Notes under the pieces: model-generated
Seen by the model: only the letters and a program-made list of their open reading frames with translations
Database searches by the model: none
What the model was told of the DNA's origin: nothing
Made by a program: the position numbers and the translations under genes
NCBI GenBank assembly: GCA_964016885.1
Contig: OZ024749.1
Location: 5,580,001-5,644,000 of the forward strand
DNA length: 64,000 nucleotides
Origin: Eledone cirrhosa
Taxonomy: Eukaryota
Direction: 5' to 3'
Part shown: in pieces, positions 28,738 to 47,668 of the stretch
Layout: each line of letters starts with the position of its first letter
How positions within the stretch are numbered: position 1 is the stretch's first letter

Positions 28738-28806
28738 CTGGTGAGCAACTCTCTCCTTCTTGACTTTGATCTCATTCAGTTCCTTTTCAAGATTATGCTG
28801 TTGGGC
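28738..28806 (-). CDS. CCDC39: Internal exon (69 bp, phase 0/0) of a probable CCDC39 gene: AQQHNLEKELNEIKVKKERVAHQ
   Basis: Acceptor CTTTCTATTGCAG, donor CAG|GTAAAA, heptad coiled coil. From memory, resembles CCDC39 QLSKETEEQKPKLERVTKQ. Confidence 0.7.
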
Positions 28807-29114
28807 CTGCAATAGAAAGTTTAAGATATTAGGAACTATGTTTTCTTTTTTAAAACTTTGTGATTTCTTTAAATGTATCAGTTCCCATATGAGCAAGATA
28901 AGGTCAGCCGACCAGACACTACCCACAACAGGACAACCCGTTTAACCCATGCTGGCGTGGAAGAACGGACGTAAAACGGTGATGATGATGATGTATTAAA
29001 AGCTAGAGAAAAATATAAGAGGGAAAGAAAAAAGTGTGGGAAGAGATAAGAAAGAAAAGGAAGGTGGTAAACTATATCATTAACTGGGTAGGACATCTCA
29101 GCTCTATCATAAGG

Positions 29115-29372
29115 TCATGAGTTCAATTCCCAGAAACGTGCTGTGTCCTTGAGCAAGACACTTTATTTTACATTGCTCCAGTTCACTCAGCTGGCAAAAA
29201 TGAGTTGTACCTGTAATTTGAAGGGCCAGTCACACCAGATCTCCCTGAGAACTATGTTAATGGTACGTATTTTTGTGAAATGCTCAGCCACTTGCATGTT
29301 AATTTCAGGAGTAGGTTGTTCAATTGATCGGATCAACTGGAAAACTCATCGTTGTAACCGACAGAGTGCCCT
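29115..29372 (+). mobile_element. SINE B with second tail type
   Basis: B-box GAGTTCAATTCCC, CORE-like GTGTCCTTGAGCAAGACACTTTATTT, tail GCTCAGCCACTTGCATGTTAATTTCA. Confidence 0.85.
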
Positions 29373-29579
29373 CCTTCAACATCTCAGACCTGCTGTTCAG
29401 AGAAGATACTAAAAAGATTGTGTGGAATATCCAGCTACATCCATTACATCAGCCATTCTGTCAATAATTCCAGAAATATTCATCAATGTTGATTAGAACT
29501 ACATCATCATCACAATATTTCATTGATAAAAGCGTAGTTCAGAGATCAGAGAGTCAAAAAGATGGTTGAATAACATCCA

Positions 29580-30252
29580 CCGTCAATGACTTCTACTTCT
29601 CTGAATGAGAGATCACAGCTCAGATACTATGGACATGTGGTTAGAATATTTCAGAAAGAATCACTGGACAGATTTGTAGCTCGGAGATCAGAGAGTCACT
29701 CCAGGTAGAGCCACTATTTCTCTGAATTGAGAAATCACAGCTCCGATATTATGGACATGTGGTTAGAATATCTCAGGAAAGAATCTCCGGACAGATTTGT
29801 AGCTCGGAGATCAGAGAGTCACGCCAGGTAGAGCCACTACTTCTCTGAATTGAGAAACCACAGCTCCGATACAATGGACATGTGGTTAGATGTCTCGGGA
29901 AAGAATCACTGGACAGACTTGTAGCTCGGAGATCAGAGAGTCACTCCAGGTAGAGCCACTACTTCTCTGAATTGAGAGACCACAGCTCCGATACAATGGA
30001 CATGTGGTTAGAATGTCTCAGGAAAGAATCACTGGGACAGATTTTACAGGCAAAAACCAACCGGTCGGAGACCCAGGGGTAGACCCCGACAAAGATGGTT
30101 GGATAAGATTTATGAGCTTGGCTGGTAATTCATGGGGGTCCAGCTGGATCAGTTGGAGGACGATTGCTTCTGACAGGACCCGCTGGAAGGAGTGTTTGAG
30201 GACTCTGTCCCCATGGCTCTCCCAGGAAAAAGAAAACAAAGATGAAGACGAT
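29580..30252 (+). mobile_element. Non-autonomous RTE-tail element with a 123-bp tandem repeat (~3.7 units)
   Basis: Unit translates SSEIRESLQVEPLLL*IERSQLRYYGHVVRMSQERITGQIC, followed by a GRPRGRPRQRW-type RTE end and a GAT-like tail. Confidence 0.85.
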
Positions 30253-30472
30253 GGCCTACAAATTGTTGCAAAATATGTTTTTGTCAATGGAAAACTAAAG
30301 AAAACATACATTATGCATTATACTTCAATAAATCATAGATGCAGAGGATTGTGGTTGGGACTCCAAATCAGTTCTGGGTGAGCCCATAGCTTTTAATAAA
30401 ACATATTCCAGTGGTGGCTCTCATATATAAATATTTATTTCTCACTCAGGCATAATTTTTATTGGTCTATAT

Positions 30473-30968
30473 AAAACATTCTCAATTGTGTACTACCGCC
30501 CCTCGGTGGGGTATAGATAAGGTCCAGAGGTGCTGGGGCCTAAGGGACCTTGGGAGGGGCGGAGGTGCTAGTGCATATAGTATATTATATTTCAAATGAT
30601 ACATTTTCTATATAAAAATAATAAAATAAATAGAATATATAATATTTATACTTAGTATATATATATTATTTATTATATATAAATTGTCGTGGAGGTGCCA
30701 GGCAAAAAAGCACCCAGCCCACACTGTAAATGAGGTTGGTGTTAGGAAGGGCATCCAGCTGTAGAAATCAAGCCAAAATCAGTTCCATCATCACCAGGTC
30801 CAACCCTTGCCAGCAGGGAAAAGCAGACGTAACATGATGATGATGATGATTATGATGATGATGATAAAACTAACGATTTTATTTATTATCTATCATTTAC
30901 AATTTTGTGCGTAGGCAGGTCTCTCTGGAAATAGGGATGGAGGGACCCAGAAAGTTTGAGAACCTCTG
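30473..30968. mobile_element. hAT MITE (family of 1555-2363) with a nested SINE B tail at ~30686-30864
   Basis: Exact 8-bp TSD GTCTATAT on both sides; right TIR TTTGAGAACCTCTG. Confidence 0.85.
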
Positions 30969-31137
30969 GTCTATATTACATTCAATGTGTACTTCATTTT
31001 ATTCAGATGGTGAGGTGTGGTTTAACAGAAATTTGGCTGCTTTTTTTAGCAGACCTAGCTCTAATGCAGGAAACAAACTTCAAACAACTTTACTACATAA
31101 TAGAAATTGAAACCACAAGAATATATTTAAATAAACT

Positions 31138-35188
<4,051 letters not shown>

Positions 35189-35759
35189 CCTTCTCTTAAC
35201 TTTTGTTTCTAAATCATTTCTTTAAGGAATATACTAGAAAATATTCTTGTGTGATATGTAACCTTTTTGTTAACTACTCAATTTATTCAATACAGAACTG
35301 CTCAAGTTTAAAATGTTCATACTTATATTAAAAACCTTCCAACTTAGTTATATTGTATGTAAGATATTTTTTCTAAGAAATGTTCCAAATATTAGCTAAA
35401 TAACAAAAAAAGTAGGCATTTTATTAAATTCCTTTGAATTTTTTATTATGTATCAACATTATTTGAAAATCAGTGACAGAGTATTTCATTAGAAATATGT
35501 GAATTCAGTATAATATATATTTCTTATGTAAAGTATACAATCATTTCTCTCATGATTTTCTCTCTGAAGGAAATTACTGTTAAGAAATATTGCCAGTGTT
35601 AACTAAAATTGTTTAGGTAGATTTTTAATTATTTTCTCTCTCAGGGAAACTTACTGCTGAGAAATGATACCATTTTTTGGTGAAATATCTAAGGATTTAA
35701 TATTACTGAAACATTCTTCAAATTCTCAAATTCACTTTGTGTAAAACACCAGTGTTTAA

Positions 35760-35957
35760 CCCTTTAGCATTTACATTACTCTATATATACTATTATATTT
35801 TCACGGTAAAGGCTTTACCTCGCATAATTATCTCACGTAATATCGAATCTATGAGATTTTGAAAGTATTTATTTTGAGAACAATACCTTAACATCAGTTG
35901 GAGTGACCAGTCAACAGAAAAAGGTAGAGAATTCTGGCCGGTTTGAACATTAAAGGG
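35760..35957. mobile_element. TTAA MITE
   Basis: TTAA|CCCTTTAGCATTTA ... AAAGGG|TTAA. Confidence 0.85.
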
Positions 35958-35984
35958 TTAAATGTTTGTTTTCTAAACTACAGG

Positions 35985-36548
35985 TACTGAATTGTCAGAG
36001 ACATTAGAATGTCGGATAGAATGCTTTATATTATTCGTTCCAGCGCTGCTCTCTGGGTTCAAATCTCACTGCGGTCAACTTTGCCTTTCATCCTTTTCAG
36101 GTCAATAAACAAAGTACCAGTCTAGTACTGGCGTTGATTCTTCCTCTTTATCTCTTTCTCATTTCCTCCCTCTCTCTCTCTCTCACTTTCTATCTCTCTC
36201 TGGAAGAAATCTGCTGTACTCAGGCCAGCAAAGGGATGGGCTCAGCCAGGATTAAAATACCCAAGAAAAGCTGTATGACAATACGGCGCTTCACAACTAT
36301 CAGGAGTTCAAGGACCATGTATGTATGTTTCTACTTTACAAAGGTAGTATCGGTAGAGCGTCAAACACCCTGCTTTGTGGCAAAGAGTTACACCCTTTTA
36401 TGATCTGAGTTCAAATTCTGCTGAGGTTAACTTTGCCCTTCATCCTTATAGTGGTTGATAAAATAAAGTACCAGCAATGCACTGGGGTCAATTTAATTGA
36501 TTCTCGCCTCCCCCCTTTAAATTGCTGGCCTTGTGCCTAAATTTGAAA
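35985..36548 (+). mobile_element. Two SINE A copies (~35985-36135, ~36342-36548)
   Basis: B-box GTTCAAAT and family core. Confidence 0.8.
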
Positions 36549-37176
36549 TTATATATGATCATCACTGTTGGGTTGGATGGGCCCTTTTCAGCACATCTCT
36601 CCACTCACTGCATTCCGTTCTCATCATTTTATGTCTGTTTTTCCCATGGGTTTGACAATGTGTGAGATTTGCTCAATAAATGATCCCTCAGAACTGTCCG
36701 TTAAGTGATTTGTGACAGGAAGTATATCTAGCCATAGAATTCCTAGTAAAGAAAGGGTCAGAAAGATTCTTCAGCTATACAAAAGACACTACAACTTCCC
36801 TAATGTTGGTGCCATGATTAAATGTACTTGGTAAAGTGCATTATAATATATTGAACACAGCATCATTAGCACCATGTCTATGTTTTCTGTTAAGCAGGCA
36901 TATCTGCTTCATTACTTAGCTGATGAAGCATTAACCTTCTCATAAATTTCAGATTTTGATCACCATTTCTAAAGACATGTTTGTCTATATATATATATCA
37001 TTTTGAATGTGTATGTATATTTTAAAAACCAATGATTTTCATATCATAGAAAGTAGGCTAGTATCTTCCAAACATGTTACCTCTGTCCATTTCCCATCTG
37101 ATAATTATTATTCTACTAATTATATAATATAATTATAGTGCTCATTAACTAATATCCCTACAAAGATTTCACTGAC

Positions 37177-37241
37177 TTTGAAAGCATCGAATTTCTCTCT
37201 GATGTGAGAAGTTATGTCAGCAACATAAACAACAAAAACAC
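37177..37241 (-). CDS. Candidate exon (65 bp, phase 1/0): (G)VFVVYVADITSHIREKFDAFK
   Basis: TTGCAG acceptor, AAA|GTCAGT donor, phase-compatible with neighbours; no recognised homology. Confidence 0.2.
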
Positions 37242-37728
37242 CTGCAATCTGAAACCCTCAATTTCAAATATAACATGAAATTATTACATGGGTGTTGCCA
37301 TCTTCAACAATCTTTCATTATTTTCCTCTCAAATGGAGGTTAATATAGGGCTAATGACTGAGCCATTAAATCATCAAGGATCATAAATTAATGGTTAATA
37401 TAACACACCTTTCTTATTCATTGCCATCAAACTATAAATCATCCAATAAACAATTTATTTAGCTTATTTGTCAGAATTATAAATTTTAGTTTGTTGGTGC
37501 ACCAATTGCAGAGTGCATATGTTCAGGTCAGCAACCTAGCAAGTCATGAGAGCATCAAATTACTTCATGACACTCGTTGAGGTTCTCTGCACTGTGTGTT
37601 CAAATCTTGCTGAAGTCAATTGCCTTTCATCCTTAAATAAAGTACTTTCTTTGATGAATGAAGTACTAATTCAATACTGGGAACAATTCTTCCTCAATCT
37701 CTCTCATATTATATATATATATATATAT

Positions 37729-37942
37729 AATTGGTGTTGGATGCTTAAAGCGTCCGTAAGCGCTATGCTCTCATAGAGCAGAGTATGATATCACAGAAAA
37801 AAGGAAGAGGACCTTGCAATTTTCAGAGTCAGGTTCGATCATCATATCGAATATGCATCGAGCTGGTCACCAGAGAAACGATTGTAATATGTCCAATAAA
37901 TTACATTTGTGGCAACACTGATTCTCTTTTTTTCTGCGATAT
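37729..37942 (+). mobile_element. (TA)n-embedded short element with internal inverted repeat (family with 47194-47430 and 49745-49912)
   Basis: Shared ATGCTCTCATAGAGCAGAGTAT; GAAACGATTGTA followed by AATAAA. Confidence 0.7.
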
Positions 37943-37963
37943 ATATACCTATATATATATATA

Positions 37964-38022
<59 letters not shown>

Positions 38023-38100
38023 TATTATGGCACCTTATTTTATATACAGCATTTCTTGGGCATTTTAAGTCTGGCCAAGTCCATCCCTCTCCAGGCCCGA

Positions 38101-40738
<2,638 letters not shown>

Positions 40739-40852
40739 TGATTCCAGTTCCTCAGTGAAATAACAACCTAACCAGGAACTGGGCATATCAGAGTATTGAC
40801 AATATTATACACCTCAACAACATATGTACTTGTCTATACCACACTAATTCGG

Positions 40853-40907
40853 ACTGCCTGAAGAGGTCACAGCCAAAGATGGCTGTCACTGAAATATAAA
40901 TAGCAGT
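40853..40907 (+). ncRNA. Minimal type-I hammerhead ribozyme (Penelope pseudo-LTR type)
   Basis: Stem I ACTGC/GCAGT; core CTGAAGA 40858-64; 11-bp stem II with one C-C mismatch; GAAA 40891-94; short stem III; AUA triplet with predicted cleavage after 40902; AATAAA at 40908-13. Confidence 0.85.
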
Positions 40908-41029
40908 AATAAACGAAGCTAAATTTTAATCATTTGACTTTTTATTTAACTTTATTTTACACTACTCCGGAGTAACCAAACCAACCTGCGCACTTCGTCG
41001 AGTGCTCCAGCCTGCATACTGAGGTGTTG

Positions 41030-41478
41030 GTATCCGTGGGTAGACATACTACCTCACCATCCCTTGTGTGCTGATTGAGGCTAACCAAGCCTTCTACAGG
41101 TTTCCTTCCAAGTTGTTGGGCCTCTGGTTTGCTCTGTCTCTTAGTATACGGGTCTACTATTTGTCTAATCTTATTTCTAGCTATGGTGAACTGTGCCTCT
41201 GTCTCGTCATCTATTTGTTGTGGTATGCAAACTCTTTTATTAAAGGGTAACCTCGTAGGATAGATATTACCCATCTTATATGTTTTGTCAACTGGGTTGA
41301 AAAATAGTTTCTCTAAGGGCTTGTCATTATATCTATCGTCATAGTTGTGTGTGTTGCTATTATTGTTATTATGGTGGTGGTTGTTGTTGTTGTTCCTATC
41401 ATTAGCATTATTATTATTGTTATGATTGCTAGATGTATTGTTGCTGCTGTGATTGTTGTTTACTTCACCGTTATTGTA
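41030..41478 (-). mobile_element. Inverted N-terminal segment of a Penelope-like (Naiad-type) ORF
   Basis: Asn-rich tract, then FFNPVDKTYKMGNIYPTRLPFNKRVCIP...GLVSLNQHTRDGEVVCLPTD, ending at the pre-RT TDK-type motif. Confidence 0.7.
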
Positions 41479-42697
41479 TGGTGGGAAAGGAGACTTAAAG
41501 ATCTCCTTAATGAGAGCTCCATAGACCTCATCATGTACTCTCGTTACGTAGACGATATCAATATAGTTATAAGAACATCCCCAGTAGAGAGCACTAACAA
41601 GTTTGATTTAGAACGTAGCACAATGGAAAGCATCCAGCAGATAGCTAATTCCATACACCAGAGTATAACTGTAACTACCGACTTTATTTCCAAACACCCT
41701 AACAATAGACTACCTGTATTAGACACGGAACTCTGGATTAACACTATAGACGAGAGAGCCCAAATTCTCCACTCACACTATGCTAAACCCATGGCCTCCA
41801 AATACGTGATACTCAAAAACTCAGCAATGTCCAGTAGTGCTAAGTTTAATATTCTGATCGCAGATTTGGTACGAGTGATGAAGAATGTGTCCCGCATGTG
41901 CGACCCAACAGAAATGGAAAGACACATCCAACACTTCATTAACCGCATGCAGTTCTCTGGCTACAACCAAAGAGACAGAGTATACGAAGGAGCCATGGAG
42001 AAGTATAAGACCCTCATAGAACTGGTCATGAAAGGAATTTGCCCATTATACAGGAGCAAATCCTGGAATAGCATAGATACGGCTAGACATAAGATAGGGA
42101 AAGCCTCCTCATGGTACGACAACCAGAGATACCAGAGTGTCATGTTTGTGGACGCTACCCCTGGAGGGAAATTAGCTAACCAGTGTAGAAAGGCCCTGAG
42201 AAAGACCCACTTAAAGATTAAGGTGGTAGAAAAGCCAGGAACCACCATAAAATCCCTGATCAGCAAAACCTACCCTTTTAAGAAAACCCACTGTACTAAT
42301 AGGAAATGTATCATATGTAAGGTAAACCCATCGGATAAACTGTAAAACTAGAAACGTAGTCTATAGCATAAGATGTACAGAGGGTACTTGCAGAAACATG
42401 ACAACAACATACATAGGCGAGACAGCTCGTAGCATAGGTGAAAGGATAGACCAACACTGGGGGGAACTAAAAGGACGAAAAAACGGGTCAGTACTATACA
42501 AACATGCCAGACAACAACACGACGGTAACATAGACAACATAGAAATTAGAATAATATCTAAACATAGAAATGACCCAGCAGATAGGCAAATCAGAGAGGC
42601 CAGTGAAATAGAACTTAGAAGACCAAGACTAAACAGAAAGAATGAATGGAATAACAACAACACCCAAACAAACAACACTGACCCAAGAGAAGTATAA
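41479..42697 (+). pseudogene. Penelope-like retroelement (Naiad-type): RT C-terminal half, thumb, Cys linker, GIY-YIG endonuclease; one frameshift near 42335
   Basis: YSRYVDDI, RLPVLD, HYAKPMAS, RMQFSGY, KVVEKPG, CxxxxCxxC, then CKTRNVVYSIRC..C..YIGETARS..H..KH...H..RQIREA..LNRKNEW. Confidence 0.93.
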
Positions 42698-42987
42698 ATA
42701 AATAAATAAATAGATAAATAGATAAATAAATAGATAAATAAATAAATAAATACATACACAAGCACAATAACAACCAACACATATAAACACACACTAGTAA
42801 CATAGAATACATTAACCAATACACAGTCACCCAATCACGAACACACATCAAACAAAACACTATACACACACGCAAACGCATGCACAAAGAAGACAAAATA
42901 AAATAAACAAACAAATAAATAAATAAATATAGAAACAGACTAAATAAAGATGGCGTAGAAATACAATGCAACGGGAGGAATCTATAG

Positions 42988-43031
42988 CACCACTGACGAT
43001 GTTGCAGATGTGTAACGAAAGAATTTTGATA
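42988..43031 (+). ncRNA. Decayed hammerhead motif in the PLE 3' region
   Basis: CTGACGA-T-GTTGCA-GATG-TGTAAC-GAAA with a 6-bp stem II; stems I and III are mutated. Confidence 0.6.
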
Positions 43032-43235
43032 AACTATATATATGTGTTTGTGTCTATATTGTATCTGTATTATTTTTGACCGTCGGTCAGTCAATGGCAA
43101 CATTGAGGACCGAATAAATTAGATTACCGATATAAAAGACACAGAAGCGAAAAGCGAAAACCAACCAAACAGTGAGTGTATTCTGTTATTAATTCTGGCA
43201 ATATTACACAAATATGACCCTCCCCAAGTATAACA

Positions 43236-43277
<42 letters not shown>

Positions 43278-43283
<6 letters not shown>

Positions 43284-44051
43284 TCCTAAACGGGTTGTGG
43301 GGGCAGAGTCCTCAATCACTCTATCCAGCGGGTCCTGCCAGAAACAACCTTCTCCAACTGATCCGGAGAGATCCGCAAGCGTGATCAGCCAAGCTCGTAG
43401 ATGTTATCCAGCCATCTTTCTCGAGGTCTACCCCTGAATTTCTACCGGTTGATTTTTGCCTATAATGTCTGTCCAATGATTCTTTCCTGAGACATTCTAA
43501 CCACATGTCCATAATATCGGAGCTGTGATCTCTCAATTCAGAGAAGCAGTGGCTCTACCTGGAGTGACTCTCTGATCTCCGAGCTACAAATCTGTTCGGA
43601 GATTCTTTCCCGAGACATTCTAACCACATGTCCATAATATCTGAGCTGTGATCTCTCAATTCAGAGAAATAGTGGCTCTACCTGGAGTGACTCTCTGATC
43701 TACGAGCTACAAATCTGTCCGGAGATTCTTTCCCGAGACATTCTAACCACATGTCCATAATATCTGAGCTGCAATCTCTCAATTCAGAGAAGCAGTGGCT
43801 CTACCTGGAGTGACTCTCTGATCTCCGAGCTACAAATCTGTCCAGTGATTCTTTCCTGAAACATTCTAACCACATGTCCATAATATCTGAGCTGCAATCT
43901 CTCAATTCAGAGAAGTAGTGGCTCTACCTGGAGTGACTGTCTGATCTCCAAGCTACAAATCTGTCCAGTGATTCTTTCCGAGACATTCTAACCACATGTC
44001 TATGATATCGGAGCTGCGATCTCTCAATTCAGAGAAGTAGAAGTCATTGAC
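43278..44051 (-). mobile_element. Non-autonomous RTE-tail element with a 123-bp tandem repeat (~4.7 units)
   Basis: Unit registers at 43469, 43592, 43715, 43838, 43961; same 5' start GTCAATGACTTCTACTTCTCTGAA as 29582. Confidence 0.9.
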
Positions 44052-44573
44052 CAGATTTAAATTATTTCCTTTCTTCCATTGTTTATATGGCTAACATATA
44101 ACATGCCAAGTCTATTGTGTATTTATTTGCAGTCATACTATTTGTATCTCTTTACATACGACATCTATGATTTACCACATATTCAGAATTGTAGTTTTGT
44201 AGATAAATCAACTAAATAACATGGTAGTGTTCCACATATTTCATGGGAAATAGGTGTGAGCTTTATTTCTCTGGTTTGTCACGCTTATTTTACAAAGCTG
44301 TTTATACAAAAACAAAACGCCATTAAAGGGAGCAAAACAAATGAAATGAAGAAAAAGAAAATATTACATATACACAAATATAAGGGATATCTCAGCAAAA
44401 AAATCGATAGTAGAAGTATGGATGGCTTAGATTTGGGGTCAATATTGTGATGATGATAATGGTTGGGATGGTGCTGTTGGTGGTGGTGATTGCTGTCTAC
44501 CGTAATGGTGGCGACGGTGTTGGAGGCTGTTGGGTGAATAATGATGCTGGGGTTGACGGCGATGCTTGCATTA

Positions 44574-44753
44574 CCCTATATACTCAAATACATGAAATAT
44601 TTCACCAAAACATCGATGGTACTAGGGTTGTTGGCGTAGAATTTGATGATTTTCACCAACATCAAATACTAAGGTTTAGATTTTTGCTCATTTCTCACAT
44701 AAAATAGTGGGGTCGTCTTATATTTATATCAGCTTATATTCGAGAGTATATGG
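44574..44753. mobile_element. pogo/Tigger-type MITE remnant
   Basis: TA|CCCTATATACTCAAATA ... TATTCGAGAGTATATGG|TA with GTCGTCTTATA subterminal motif. Confidence 0.65.
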
Positions 44754-45438
44754 TAAGCAACGAAAAAAAAGTAATAAGAGAAAGACAAACGCTATACAGA
44801 GCTGCCAATCTCTAGAAACCCAAATGGGGATTACCATGAAAAACGTGCCCCAAAATGGGGAAATTTTACAAAATGAAAGCCATACCCATATTCACAAGAG
44901 AAGATATTTCTCACCAACCCCGTCTGACATAGAAAGTTGACATGTATGGATATAATCTAGGTTTAGCCGTGCTCCAGTCGTGCCCTGCAGATAAACTGGG
45001 CAAAGGTATTACCACAGAGAATGGCCAGAGGCTGCTGCAACTGTCATATACTAGGGAAGAAGGGATTAATTAAATTGACTACATCGATGGCTCTTTCATT
45101 TGATGTCAACCACGGGAGGTTGGGAGGGGGTAGCAACTACGAATCAATATAAGTAAATGGCAATAATTCAGAGGAAGAATGAAACTCAGTAAAATATTCT
45201 GGAAGCAATTAAGCCGAGTCAGAGAGGATATGAAGTTGAACCAGTTGCTACTATATATAGAATCACTCTAATATATTTGAATAATATTTCAATGCTTGTC
45301 ACAAATTATCAATGTGTCGTTTTCCTTTAGCCCCCAAAGTAACCTCTTGTCGCCCTCTGTGTGACTTTAGTCTCCTCAAATATATATATTCATATATTCA
45401 CACACAGACAGAGGTGTGTGTGTGTGTGTGTAAGTCTG

Positions 45439-45471
<33 letters not shown>

Positions 45472-45512
45472 TTGTTTCTGGAGTTGTGTATATGCATTAG
45501 GGAGTGAGTGTA

Positions 45513-45557
<45 letters not shown>

Positions 45558-46261
45558 CAAGTGTAAGCTGTGTCTGGGTGTAATAATGTAGAAGTATGAC
45601 TAACATTGTTAATTGTTGTCAATATGTATGTTGCGTTTCTTTTGGTTTCAGAAGCACACTGTGTATGTGTTTATATATATATATATATATATAGTCACAG
45701 ACATATATCTAAGAGTGTGTGTGTGTGTGTGCATACGTGTATATATAGATATATATAGATAGATAAGTGTGAGCATATATATATATATATAATTTATAGA
45801 TAAATAAATATGTGCATATATATATACATATATATTTTATAGATAGATAAATGTGTGCATATATATATATATACATATATATTATATAGATAGATAAATG
45901 TGTGCATATATATATATATATATATTATATAGATAAATAAATGAGTGCATATATATATATAGATATATTTCTTTATTAGCCACAGGGGCACAAAAGAAGG
46001 GGACAAATACAAAGGGGGAAGTTTACATACAATAAAAACGTGTAAAATGTTATCACAGATGGAATTTAAAAGTTAGTCGATTTTCCCCAATATATATATA
46101 TATAGATAGATAGATAAATGTGTACATATATAGATAGATAAATGCGTGCATATATATATATATATATACATATATATTATATAGATAAATAAATGAGTGC
46201 AGAGAGAGAGGGAGAGAGAGAGGGAGAGAGAGAGGGAGAGAGAGAGGGAGAGAGAGAGGGG

Positions 46262-46298
<37 letters not shown>

Positions 46299-46464
46299 AG
46301 AGAGAGAGAGGGGGAGAGAGAGAGAAATGTGTGCATTTATATATATATATATATATATATATTTATTTACAAATGATGAATCAAAACATAACAGCTTTGT
46401 TTAGAATTTCCTGTTTCTCAATAAATAAGCTCCATAGATTATATCGACAGCCATAATAACCAAA

Positions 46465-46515
<51 letters not shown>

Positions 46516-46580
46516 CGTTTCTGAATTTGTTTAGCAAGATTCTTTATCTTATTGGCAACATGACCCTCCCAAAGTATAAC

Positions 46581-46600
<20 letters not shown>

Positions 46601-46614
<14 letters not shown>

Positions 46615-47159
46615 TAGAAAGAGCCATATATTGTAAAAGAAACACGGTATATTGTATATATACCAAATACATATTCTATAGAAGAATATGTACACAGATG
46701 GAATCATAAGAGAAACTTTATAGCACTATTTCATACCTGGAGAGTATGGTTTTAAAAAAATCAATCAATATATTCGATCATCGAAAACAAACTATCGATA
46801 ATGATTAAGCCACATGAGCCTCAGGCCCTCATCAGAGGTTAGCCTCATCATTCTAATGGAAATGCGGAATACCTGGGATTATCCACAGTTAAGTCCAATG
46901 TGACCGTAGTGCTTAGAAGTACATGCTGAAATCACGTTAAACCTATGGCAAATGGATAGCTCCTATTGTATTTTTCTCTTTCTTTTGATGATCGATTACA
47001 TAGATCGATTTTTAGCCATACTCTCCAGGCATGAAACAGCGCTATAAGGTTTCAATTAGAATTCTACCTGTGTACATTATTCTATAGAATATGTATTGGG
47101 TATATATATACAATATACCGTGTTTCTCTTACGATATATGGCTCTTCTCTCTCTCTCTC
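46601..47159. mobile_element. Fold-back element with ~170-bp diverged inverted arms between (GA)n and (TC)n
   Basis: GAGCCATATATTGTAAAAGAAACACGGTATATTG... / ...CAATATACCGTGTTTCTCTTACGATATATGGCTC. Confidence 0.85.
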
Positions 47160-47443
47160 GTGTACGTGCGTGCGTGTGCGTGTGTACGTGCGTCTGATGA
47201 TAGCTAAGATGCTTCCATAGGCGGTATGCCGGTTGAGCACTCTATGCTCTTACAGAGCAGAGTATGATAGAATAGAAATCGAATATGCTCCGAACTCATT
47301 ATACGTGTCCGTTGAACCTGCGGCTCCACAATCAGACAGATCCACACAATGATCGCGTTTCGAGCTGTCCACCGGCGAAACAATTGTAACACAATAAATT
47401 GAGTTCAGATGCATCACTGATTTTTCGTTTTCTCTCTCTCTCC

Positions 47444-47489
<46 letters not shown>

Positions 47490-47618
47490 CAAGTGTATAG
47501 CTGTGTTGGTGAGAATATGTAAAACTATGGCCACAATCTCTCTACTTGTTTCTGCTCAGTAGGTATGTTGTGTTTGTGTTGGCGTTACAAACTCATGTGT
47601 CTGTCCGTCTGTCTATAT

Positions 47619-47666
<48 letters not shown>

Positions 47667-47668
<2 letters not shown>

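Noticed and set aside
29600-29975. In-frame TGA in each 123-bp unit as a selenocysteine codon
   Set aside because: It is not at a Cys-type position, most likely arose by CGA>TGA decay, and the 18-kb copy has CTA there.
41347-41478. Hydrophobic N-terminus of the 332-aa ORF as a transmembrane segment on an RT
   Set aside because: It is the antisense reading of the inverted Asn-rich PLE segment.
46810-46945. CTGATGA (minus) and GAAA (plus) motifs inside the 46.6-kb fold-back; also CTGATGA at ~36921
   Set aside because: The motifs are on opposite strands or lack the partner GAAA and stems, so no hammerhead can be folded.
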